Origin: Yuukianura sp. NJ FZ-2021
Taxonomy: Eukaryota
NCBI GenBank assembly: GCA_046563655.1
Contig: CM102290.1
Span: forward strand, 13,826,001-13,890,000
DNA length: 64,000 bases
Direction of reading: 5' to 3'
A model generated the notes under the pieces. It saw only the letters and a list, made by a program, of their open reading frames with translations. It was not told where the DNA came from and ran no database searches. The number at the start of each line of letters is the position of its first letter. Within the stretch, counting starts at the first letter, position 1. This document shows, piece by piece, positions 1 through 10,776 of this stretch. Position numbers and translations under genes: made by a program.

Positions 1-897
1 GCTGCGAGACAATTACTAGCCCTAAACCCTTGAGCTCTCCCTGCCTTCGTTCCAATTAGGAGCCCCTTACCTAACACACTAAACTCCAACTTCCACAACA
101 ACCTCAACACTATATATATGGCAGGGGAAAGTAAAAGTAGTGCTTGGAATGAAGAACGGAGCCTTAATAGCCTCAAACCCAAAGTTCTTTTTTTGGACAA
201 AGAGCTGGAGCTCTTAAGTTCCTGAGCTCAGACACGTCTATCGACCCGACCAACAACAAAAAAAAGTCTCATAAAAAGTAGGCAGGGAAATATAATTTTG
301 AGGCTGCCATTTCCCTCCTATCCATTATCTTTGTTTCTTCCATTAGTCATTCATTACTCGACGAGGGAACCACTTAATGTCTACTTTACTCAAAGTAAAT
401 TAAATACAATAAAATGCGCCCTCTACTTATAACTTGAAGGTTTCAACGGAGAGGAATTCAAAAAAAGTATACAACTTAAAAGCTTTTCCTGCGCTGTTCA
501 TCATCTGCTCAGACTCTTTTTACTTTTTAAACGGAACTAAAAACTGTTTTGGCTGATTGACTCATCATTTCAAGAAGAAGAAGATCTGGCTGCGCAGAGA
601 TGATTTGAGTTTCGTTTTTTACCTATAGGCAAGGGCCCCCTAATTTTCTCGTCAAATGGATCTTGGCAACTCATCATTTTCCATTAAGGCTTAAACGCCT
701 CTCTGAGTTTTCTTTCACATGGCCTAGACTTCCCAAAAAAAATGTAACTAATAAGAGGCAGAGAATAAGGTTTGTAAGATCTTTTAGCGAAACAAATTGA
801 ACCGAACACATAGTCCCTAGTTCACTTTTGTTTTGAAAAAGTTGTCTGTTGTGAACACAAAAGGAACTGAAAAAAAATGGGACGAAATGTTAAACAT

Positions 898-1240
898 TTA
901 TTAAGTAGCCAAAGCTACTTTGTGGTTTGCCATTGTCGGTCTGCCTGTCTGTCAGGCTGTCGGCGGCAATTATTTCAGAAACGGCTTAACATTTTCAGAA
1001 TCAGTCACATAGTGACCCGGGACCATCGTTGTACTGAATATCATGCTGTGGCTCAACTTCCGGGTCAAAGGTCAAAATCAATTTTTTTTAAATCAAAGGT
1101 CAAGGTCAACCGGTTCGATTTCTCGTAACATAAAAAAATGATCTACACGAAACTTCCATGGTGTTTCAGTATGGGCACACCGTGGCTAACAAAACGACAT
1201 CTTTCGCTACTTCAGTACAGCTTCTTACAACCGTTTATTT
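898..1240 (+). mobile_element. Non-autonomous Helentron/HINE (DINE-1-like) element
   Basis: 5' TTATTAAGTAGCCAAAGCTACT, (CTGT)n-type microsatellite, GCAATTAT...AAACGGCT core, GGTCAAAGGTCA repeats, subterminal inverted repeat CTTTCGCTACTT near the 3' end; T-rich flanks. Confidence 0.7.
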
Positions 1241-2244
1241 TGTGCTGGCAGGGTAAACCCAAAGAACGAGATCTATCAATCCCGTTTAAGATTTTTGAGT
1301 TTTGCGCAACTACGGTTTTGGAAATGGTGTGTTTCTGAGCCTTTGTGCTAATGGTTTACTACAGAATACTCTGTAGTTACAAACTGGGAAAGTGGATGGG
1401 GAGAGCAAGAGTAGGAAGCGTTAGCGCACCACTTCCCTGCCAAGTCAAGGGAACAGAATGTCTAAAGCCCTAATGTGTAATTTGAATCGCAAAAGCTTCT
1501 TCCATTTTCCACTAAATTAAGAGCAGATGGTGTGAGGCCAAAGAGGTAATGAATTAAAGCTGACTTGTGTGTAGTTGCATTATTCGGAGATGGACCATGC
1601 AATGCTTCCAGGCTCTCCATGACTTCCATACAGACCAATTTTGGCCTGGGTGACATGACATGCAAGTGACACATGCACCAACGTGACAGTGACAACTCAA
1701 AAGTTACAACTTTAAGGCCCCTTCGTTCCCAGTGCTTTTGTTCTTTGGAACAGATGAGGGTTTCGTTAATAAGAAAAATCTTAAAAGAGAAGAAAACTTA
1801 AAATGTCTTTAAAAAAAATTGTTTTAGAAATGTGCGGAGTACTAACTGCCAAAAGTGGAACATTTAAAAAACATTTGTTTTGAAGTGGTTGAGACAAACG
1901 GTTTTTTTGGGCACAACTTAGAAGATGGTTTGAGTTTGCCAGAAACTAATGGTAGAGATGTTATAATTGGAGTGATTCATCTTTCAACTTTCTGAGAAAA
2001 TGGGAGCACAACTCTAACAAAAAGTAAAAGCCTCCAGGATGAGTTGCACAAAGCGTTTGAAGACTCACATTCATCCGAGCACTAACCACAACTCTAATTA
2101 TATTTATGCCCTTGTTAGGAGAAAACACTTTCTCTTTCTCTCAATTTCCACAACTAGAGCAAAATGAAGACAACAAAGAATTTTTAACTGGAGGGCTTCT
2201 CCAGGATTAGACCAAATCCACTTTCACCAACAACTCAACTCAAA

Positions 2245-2522
2245 CAAGGTTACTTGACAACGAAGAATTAATTTTCTTTAACAGATTGAGTACTACTTCG
2301 CTTGTTGACAGACAAAAGAAAACGGAAAAAAATTGGCACCAATTGTAGTACCACACTAAAAAAAATTGTTGCAATTCGTATGCAAAATTTAAAAGATTTG
2401 GCTGTATTGTTATGACTACGATGCCATGAAAAGAAAGACACTCTTTTTTTTTTTTTTGCAAAAGCGAAGGAACCTAAGGTGTTGCTCAACCTGTTAAAGA
2501 AAATCCCACTGAACAAACCTTG
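2245..2522. mobile_element. MITE family B (CAAGG termini, 7-8-bp target duplication; P-element-like)
   Basis: CAAGGTTACTTGACAACG...TTTCTTTAACAGATTGAG ... CTCAACCTGTTAAAGAAAA...ACCTTG, flanked by ACTCAAA on both sides. Confidence 0.8.
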
Positions 2523-2575
2523 ACTCAAAAGATCCAAGGAAAATTTTACTGTTTACTAAAATGTTAAGTTCTTAC

Positions 2576-3371
2576 CTTTGAGTGAACTTTTGGAAGTGGA
2601 TTTTGTTCCATTTTTTGTAGGATTTGAAGTTAGAGAGGTCAGTTTAGGATGTTTCACTTTCGGAATTATGACGTTTAGCAAACTACTGATCGGAGATTTG
2701 CGACTTTTTTTAGTCACGGGCTTTCCGGAACTGAAACTGCCAATGCCATTGGCCAGTCTGTTGTTATTGGCTTCTGCTGCGGGTGGGGACAGCGGTTCCA
2801 CTGGACGTTTTACTACAGTCAAGTTCAGAGGTTCGTCCATTTCCATGTCCAAGGTCAGGGGGGACGAGGGGGCGGGGGACAACAGGGATCCGTCGTCGTC
2901 CATGTCCTCTTCTTCGTCTTTGAGGTCAATGACCTCTCGTTTGGGGTCAATGACCTCTTGCTTGGGGTCAATGACCTCTTGGTTAAAGTCAATGACCTCT
3001 TGATTAAGGTCAATGACCTCCTCTTCCTTACAAGGCTTTGGATCAGTGCTTAGATTGAGTATATCGCAAATGGAGTGGGGCGTTGGGAGGCGGGTGGGTT
3101 TGGAGTAGATGTGTGGGTGCCACGTACTGCGGTAGAATGACGACAGTGGACTGGAACAATTGTGGTGGGACTTTGGTGGGACCGAGTGGTGGTGGGTCTT
3201 TGGTGGGACAGGGGAGCATGAACTGGTAGTTTCTGTGGACATGTCACTGAGTTCCGATGGAGATGAGATGCCATTGGTCATGCTTGGGGGGTGGTGGGAC
3301 TCTTGGTGATCGTGGGTTTGATGAAAGTGGGGCTTGGTGGGACCCACTGACTCCGACGACACTTCTTCCAT
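2576..3371 (-). CDS. First coding exon of an NK-class homeobox transcription factor, most likely NK7 (partial; remaining exons and homeobox left of window)
   Basis: ATG at 3371 opens 265 codons ending at a strong donor AAAG|gtaag (2576/2575). Contains WHPHIYSKPTRLPTPHSICDIL (eh1/TN Groucho-binding motif, in a context I recall from NK7 proteins), a CtBP-type PLNLT motif and Ser/Pro/His-rich sequence. It lies downstream of, and in the same orientation as, NK6. No homeobox seen in 1-2575, so the family is inferred. Confidence 0.7.
2922..3020. repeat. Coding tandem repeat, 5 x 21 bp (heptad xEVID[L/F/P][N/K])
   Basis: Core GTCAATGACCTC recurs with period 21; units at 2923, 2944, 2965, 2986 and 3007. 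Minus-strand translation EEVIDLN QEVIDFN QEVIDPK QEVIDPK REVIDLK. Confidence 0.95.
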
Positions 3372-5278
3372 ACTGGACAGCTACATTTAGCCTATCACTT
3401 CCACAATCCCACAATCCCAAGTCTCAGTTGCAACCATAAGTCGAGGCGTTTGAAACTTTCACTTTCTCCAAGTTCTCTCCAGAGTTCACTTTCCACTTTC
3501 ACTTCCGTGTCTTCAAAGGCTTATTTTTGTGGTTCAATTACAGCAAGGGTGAAAACAGTCCAAATCCAACTGAACTTTCAAATTTTCCAAATGATAGTTT
3601 TCCTGAAATTACAAAAATTTATCATTGATCTCCGTTCAAACCATTTCATTTTAACTTTCAATTATCAATCAATCCTATTCTAATACCAAATTGACCAATC
3701 AGGTACTTTGCAATTTTAGTTCCAAGTTGCTATTTTCAACTTAAGGAAATTAAAACTTGTTGAAACATTTGTTGCAAATTTTGCTTTTTTTTAAGAAAGA
3801 ATATTTTCTATACCTATTCAATTGAAATTGAAATCGAAAAATTTTCATTTTAATTTTGAGTTACATAGAATTCGATAATCTGATCCCTTAGCCAAGGTAT
3901 TTTAAAGAACTTTTTTTTTTAAATCACTAGCCTACAAATGTAACACAATTTTTTTCCTGAACCTTCCGAATAGCGTAAATAGTGTTTAGGCTATACGGGG
4001 CGCGGATCAACACAAGTTCACAAAGTTCCTAAAGAATTTATGTTTCTGGTTTCTCCTGAATTCTGAATTTATTTAAAAAAACGCAGAAAGCCCTTTTGCT
4101 TTTTACAAAAATGAAAATCGGCGGGCTTAAACTTTTCGAAAAGCCCAAAGTTGAACTTGTATGACTTTCATCACTTTCTTTTGTGTAAAATTTGGAAATT
4201 AAACCAAAGTTTAAACAGAAACGATTGAGTAATAGTTACTCCCTGCTTCCATCACCTCCAATTTGAGAACCATTAACGTTAGCACTGGGGCAACACAATT
4301 TCGTTTAGTCACACCATAAATCATCACCACCAGTTTCAAAAGCATGCAACCACTATAGGCGTCGTACCACTTAACTTGTAAAACACAAAAGTAGCCGACT
4401 TTTGGTTCAGCCGTAAACAAAAAACTGAAAAGTTTTTCCACTTTGTTAAACAGAGCGGAGTTCCATTTGTGAATTCTTGTTAAGCGCCTACTTTTTTGTG
4501 TGTTTTGGAGAGAGACTCATGTCGTCAAGTGGTTTCGTTTGTACGGAGTTTAGAAAAGTGCAAATTATTAATTGGCACTTAAGACGTAAATTGTTCCAGG
4601 CCGCTCTATTAAGAGCCATTCCCAACAAGAAGCAGAGTCCAAATACTTAAAAGGAACTTTGGGCATTTCCAATTCCAAGTAACTTATGAAAGTCATTCAA
4701 GTCGCCAGCAGAGTGTTTATTGTTGTCAATTTAAAAAAGTTTGTCAATGTAGAAATTACTCACAAAGAAGAGGACACAATTTGCGGTTCCTTTGAGCTTT
4801 GTTCAAATGTAAAAACATTAAAAATTTAGTCCTGCCTGAAAAGTGCTTTGGACAAAAAGTGGTTTCAATTTTTATAAAGTCTTAGTTTGTCACTGTTCAA
4901 AAATTGGTGTGGGGCGGCAATATTTGAAAATCTGAATTGCTAGAAATACAAATTGAGTAATGGGCGGTTTGGACTTAAGTTCAAGCCCACACACAACATT
5001 TTGATTTCAAGTTGAATGGCCCAAATAAAAGTTGGAAAGGAAAACAATGGAGTTTCCTCATTTGATACACGCAAATAAAAAGAGAGGGAAATCACAGTTT
5101 CTTTTTGTGTCGGCGTCTCTTTCAAAGGGACCCCACAACAATATCTGCTAAGTAGAAAGATGTTTAAGAATTAACTTCAGTTTTAGTAGTTGAACTTTGT
5201 GCAAATATTACGCCGCTTTTGAAAAATTGAGTTCCGACTTTGGCGCTTTGAACAGCATTTACTATTGTTTGCCAAATA

Positions 5279-5589
5279 CAGTAGATCCTCTCAAATTGGA
5301 ACTCACTTGTGATTGGTTCGTTTGATTTGCACTTAGCACAAACGTTCTGTTCACTTGACAGAAACGGTATTCGACATCATCCTATGTAGCAAAAGTTGAA
5401 TTGTTTAAAAGTTTAGCTTTCTCCAAAAAATTTACCGCAAAACTTGTAATAAAAGTTTCTAATTTGCGCCGAGGATTTTTTCAGACGCCTCAAATAAAGG
5501 TCTAAATTTTGAATAAACGCCCGGACATTTAGTAGAAGTTTTACGACGTCCCGCCGAAAAACAGAGTTGCAATTTGAGAGGGTTTACTG
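5279..5589. mobile_element. MITE family A (CAGTAG termini, TA target duplication; Tc1/mariner/pogo-type)
   Basis: TA|CAGTAGATCCTCTCAAATTG ... CAATTTGAGAGGGTTTACTG|TA. Confidence 0.85.
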
Positions 5590-7186
5590 TAAAGACAGCA
5601 CGGAATTTGCTTAAATTTAGAGCTTCAAAATTTTCCTATGTTAACTGAATGTTGTGGCTCAACTTATTTTTGTTTTCTGTAAAAGAAAAGAGGGGCTCAT
5701 AGTTTCTGGTTTGAAGCCATACAATGTATAAGCGTTCTGAAGCAGAAGCCCAGAAGTGCCTTTAATTGATTTCCTCTTGAAATGAACGTAAGTCATGAAA
5801 GAGAATTCTGAGAAATTGGGTTGAGAAAGTCCAAATAAACAAAAAAAGAGAAACTCCAAGAAAGTGGATTCAATAAGAAAGAGAAAGGTTTACCTCTCAA
5901 ATTTATCCTGCGTAGTCGTCCTACACAGGTTTCTAATTCCTGGAATTTCTGTTGAACACTTTAGCTATTATCCTCCTCGTTTCACTTGGAAAGCTGAACT
6001 TAAACTGCAAAAGTCGGAGTTAATTGAATTAAGGTTGGAGGTCAGCAGGAGAAAGCCGTTGCGTAGAGAAAGCACAATGATTCAAAATTGTTTCCAGAAA
6101 TGAATGATTCAGTGGAACAAATTAATCCGAACATTCAAAATTTTGTTTTTCCTGAATTTTGGAATTCAGATTTGAGAACTTTCACCTTGCAGTTTTTAGT
6201 GACCTGAGAGTGTATTAGTGGCTTAATGTGGAGTGAAAGTAGGTAATGCACGGAAGTCAGCTGTGTTAGTGTGGCACAGTTTTAGAAGTTGTTGTTACAG
6301 TATACAGGAAGAGCCGTTTTGGCACTGTCTAGCACGGGAGCTACTTTGGAACTGAGGAATGAAGTGGGAGAAAGTTGTTTTCCGGAGAGCGGGAGTTATG
6401 AGCTGCAGACTAAAGTGGGCATAGCAACTTAAGCCACTGGGGAAAGAGAACGTTCCAGCTTCTAAACGCTTCCACATGCATCATCTCTCGTTACTACGTA
6501 AAAGGTATGAGTATTAAGTGCCAAACGACTGACTTGGAGGAATTTACAATTTCAAACCGAGGTCACCTCTCCCGTGACCCCGCAGACTCTCGTTCTCTGC
6601 CTTTTAAAATGTTTGGTTGGTGGGGTGTAGAGTTGGTCTTAATGGTTCTAGCCTCTGTTCTCTTACTGAAGTCTCTGAAATTTGATACTTTCCTTTTAAC
6701 GACTCATGGACTACAATAGTTAAGTGGCAGGGGAAAAAATAGAAAAGGGTTCCAGAGTAAATGAGTCTCTTCCAAAACGGATCCACTTTCTTCCATCTTC
6801 TCTCTTGAACAAGTTTAGTCCAAAGAGATGCCTTGAGAGATGATATTAAAAATCCATAAATGAAATGATGGAGGATAATGGACTTGGATTTTCATGTTTC
6901 CTTATACGGAAGTTCTGAATCCAGGCATTATACAATGTACAATTCATAGAAACGACAAATTGACATGCCAATTTTTCTTGAAAAGTTAGGTTTGATCAAA
7001 ACACAAAGTGCAAATAAGTAAAACTAGTTTTTTTTAAATCAAAAGTTTCTGACTTTCACCAGTTTCGAGTTTCGAATTTTTTAAATCATGATAAGTTTTG
7101 AAATGAAAACTTTGTTTAGGTTGAAATTTAAAACAATAGCGCAGTATTTAAAATTTGTTAAGCGTCTTTTTTGCAGTTTTGTTAGG

Positions 7187-7253
7187 ATTGTACTTGCCAG
7201 TATATTGAGCATGGTACTTGCAAGTATATTGAGCATTGTACTGCCAGTATATT
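7187..7253. repeat. Tandem repeat, about 3 x 24 bp
   Basis: Unit ATTGTACTTGCCAGTATATTGAGC with minor variants. Confidence 0.85.
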
Positions 7254-8365
7254 TCTAGACAAAGTTTTACGACGGTGTGTGAAGGATGGTGTATTAGCAT
7301 GTCAATAGATCTATCATTTTTTCCCTCGCTTTCTTCTTTGCAGCTTTTCTCTTTAACATAGCCATTTCCACTGAAGCTTTTAGGGAAAGTGTATAAAAGG
7401 TAAAGGCGGACGTAAAAATGCTTAGAAATGAGGAAGTGGTGTCGTTAGGAAGATCTGTGCTAAAATGAAAAAGTACAGCGATGGTAGTTTAGCTTCAGAC
7501 AAAGACTTTCTCCGGTTTCAAAGCCGCACTCTCCTCTTACTTGTTATGGTTTGAATTCAGATTTTGCAAGTTTTCAATTTTTTGAAAATTTTTCTTTTTA
7601 GAATTCAGGGAAAGGAAATATTTTACTATGAAAAGATCATTGCTGTAAAATTTTCTCCCAATCGTTTTGTAAATCCTGTCACAGAAAATGGTTATTTGCA
7701 ATGCACATGTTAAGAGTCACAGGTTGTTTGAGCATAGTTTGCCAAAATTTGCAAGATACTTCTGGAAGATGAATTGAGTTTTTCAAAACACCGACATTCA
7801 AAGCGAATACAGAGTTGATTTGGCAACTTAACCAGTATAACGCCGCACATGACTTCTATAAAGCATTTTTAGTCATCTCGAGCTTTAGAGGTTTAAACGA
7901 ATTTTTAAGCGCTTTGCAGTCTTCCTCCCCCTCTGCTATTTTTTTAAATTTTGGTTTTTCCTTTCTCCTGGCCAATTCAAAAAAAGAAGACAGAAGTCGA
8001 CATCCTTTCTTGGCACGACCGAATGCATCCAAGGTGGAACGAGAACGGAGACAATAGAACCGGAACTTGTCTCCTCCCTGTCGGCTAGAACGACATTCGG
8101 CACAAAGGAGATTCAACTCTTTCCAAAAACTACTTAAGTTCAACCGAATCTGGCAAAGAACTCTTTCTATCGACTTTTCACATCAACATTAAACGTTCTC
8201 TACCGTATGCTCCTCTCCCAAGACAATGGTTTCCTTTACATTGAATTTTACTCCGCTAAACATTCCTTCTGGAATTGTTCAATTTAATAATCTGGAACAA
8301 TTACCACAATAGAAATTGCTCTTAAGCATTGAGGACATACAAAAATGAACATTTAAGCATTTATG

Positions 8366-8603
8366 CAAGGTTTGTTGACATTTATTTTCTTTAACTGGTT
8401 GAGTAATACCTCATGTTTTTTTTTCGATTTTGCAAAAAAAAAAAGTGACCTTTCATTTCCGGCCAACGTAGTCATAACAATACAGTCGAATTTTTTAATT
8501 TTTTACATACGAATTCTTTCAATTTTGTTTTTTCATTTGGCGACACACGAGGTAGTACTCAACTTGTTAAAGAAAATTAACTATTCGTTGTCAAGGAACC
8601 TTG
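8366..8603. mobile_element. MITE family B
   Basis: CAAGGTTTGTTGACA ... TTCGTTGTCAAGGAACCTTG; body is an inverted homologue of 2245-2522. Confidence 0.8.
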
Positions 8604-9727
8604 ACATTATGGGACTAAACTCAATTTAAACATTTAGTTTAAAAGGTCATTGACCCCGCAGCACTGCACAGGACAAAGTTAAGTTCTGGTCCAATGTTAA
8701 GCCTCCCTCCTGCCCTTTAATTGAGCACTTTGAGATTGAACACAATTGTTTTTTGGAGGGAGAGAAATGGTTTGATTTGGGAGACATATTTGGAGATGAT
8801 GGTTGAACACAGGAGTTGACCTGGTCTCAGTCTCAAAATGGGCACACAAAACGTGCTCCTAATGTTTAATGACGCTTGTCAGATCTTAGACAGAGCCTAA
8901 TGCCCTCATCCTCCAAACTTCAAACAATCTTCCTCAAATTGTTCCATTTGAACAAGAAAAGCCAAGGTTCTTTCACTACTCAAGCCTATTGTTCACCACT
9001 TTCCATCCACGTGGAGCTCAATTTCAGAAATTTTGAGAGAAATTTCACAAATTTGAGAAATAATGTTGATCTTACCTATATTAGCAGAATCCGTCCAAAA
9101 GTGTCAACTTTGCACTGACGCACTTCACCAACTGAGATGATGAGTTTCAAGTTCAATGTGAAATGGATGCCTAAGTGTCATTTACTTTTTGAAAGTGATG
9201 CCACCATGTCAAAGTGAGTCCAATTGAACAACCTTGCTCACTTGGATTGAAGTTGGTCCATTTAGTGTAATAGGTTGTTGCCTTTCCAGTTCAGTTTTTA
9301 GTGTTGCGTGGCGCACTGCTGAAGTTGGAGTACTAAAAGTGGAGTAAGCTGGAGAATGAAAGTGTGAAGATGAGTTTGGAGCAGCAAGTCGGTTTGAGAG
9401 TGAGAATGTGGCTGTGGGAAGGGATTGATTGTGCCGCTGAAGGAAGATGAGAAGGGGGATGCTGGAGTTTCGGATACTCCGAATGAAAATGGAAAAGATC
9501 TTGCTCAACCCTTTGGGTTTAGTGAGCAATTAAGGAGACGGAGGAAGACGGAGAGGAATTAAATGAAAATAATGATCAGAAAGCGGAGACCAAACAAATT
9601 CAAGTCTTCCCTCTCCAGTCCATCTCCCTTCCCCCTCAGTTTCCATTGTTACTACGAACGTCAGTCCAGAACTTCCAAATGGATAGGGAAACATTCGTCA
9701 TCTCCACAACGAAAAGAGAGAGTTAGC

Positions 9728-9964
9728 CAAGGTTCCTATAGCAACGAAATACTTTTCCTTTAACAGGTTTGGCTATAAGTCCAGTTTATGAAAAATCCCA
9801 CCCCGAATAATTTTTTCCGCCAATTCCATTTCATTTACATATAAATCATTGCCATAGGAAGGCACGGTGAAGCAACTTTTGCTAATTTTTTAACAAAATT
9901 TAAAAAGTTCTAGTTATTGCTTAACCTATTGAAGAAAAAATTATTTTCTTGTCGACGAACCTTG
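9728..9964. mobile_element. MITE family B
   Basis: CAAGGTTCC ... GAACCTTG with a perfect 8-bp flanking duplication GAGTTAGC (9720-9727 and 9965-9972). Confidence 0.85.
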
Positions 9965-10625
9965 GAGTTAGCGTCAATTCTCCAAAGGAGAAGGGATGGC
10001 AGAATTGGTTTTGAATAAGGAAATGTGATCTCTGCCCTTAAATTGCAGTGATGAGGTGGAATTGACTTGGTGGCAACTAAATGTGCAAATTAGGAAGAAT
10101 TGCGACGAGATGACTAGGTTCTTTGAAGATGAAGCTTTTGTTGAATTTTGGAATGCAGGAGAATGGGAAGGTAGTAGTAAAGTGGTGAAGTGAGTCGTCT
10201 TCTTGGAGCGGCAATTAAAAAGTACCTTAAGAGAAGAATATAATACATTTTGCCTAGTTTTTATTATTTCCTAAAGTAGTTCTACTTAAGAGTTCTGGTG
10301 AGAGCATTAGTAAGTGGATTGAGTGACTCAGCCTCATCTCTCGGCATTTAATGATTTCAGGAATGATTAAACCATTGTCAAAACGGCTACACAGAAGTAG
10401 CGAAGGCAATGCGACGAACTAATTTTCAGAAAAAGAATAACGTGCAGAATTGTCTTTTGTGAAGTTTCCTCATTTTAATTTTTCCGATTTAAAATTTGAT
10501 TAAACTAAAATAATATTTAAATTCACATTGATTATTTATCTGATTTTAAGCTTCATTTAATTATTTAGATTATTTAATTATTTAATTAATAGATTATTTA
10601 AGATCATTAGGGTTTTCATTTTTTT

Positions 10626-10776
10626 GTAAACCGAAGGTGGTTGTGAGGCTAAGGGCTCACTTGGCTTGAGAGACAAAAATTGAAGAGTGTAGAAAAAAAG
10701 AAACAATCGAGTGGGACTCGAAGTCGCATCTGTTCAATCCGGCAACAGCTCTATCCACTGAGCTATCATGTTCTAA
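10626..10776 (-). repeat. tRNA-derived interspersed repeat (SINE-like), copy 1
   Basis: Minus strand AGAACATGATAGCTCAGTGGATAGAGCTGTTGCCGGATTGAACAGATGCGACTTCGAGTCCCACTCG shows A-box and B-box-like motifs. It is followed by a T-run and a tail shared with 47990-48138. Confidence 0.65.

Noticed and set aside
2578..3003. 141-aa plus-strand ORF with SMTS repeats
   Set aside because: Antisense shadow of the NK7-like exon and its 21-bp repeat; no independent gene signals.
2922..3020. Regularly spaced palindromic repeats resembling a CRISPR array
   Set aside because: Period is only 21 bp with no unique spacers, it lies in a eukaryotic exon, and no cas genes are present.
10706..10775. Functional tRNA gene (also 48065-48136)
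   Set aside because: T-stem and acceptor pairing are broken and the anticodon-like loop is 9 nt; treated as a tRNA-derived repeat.
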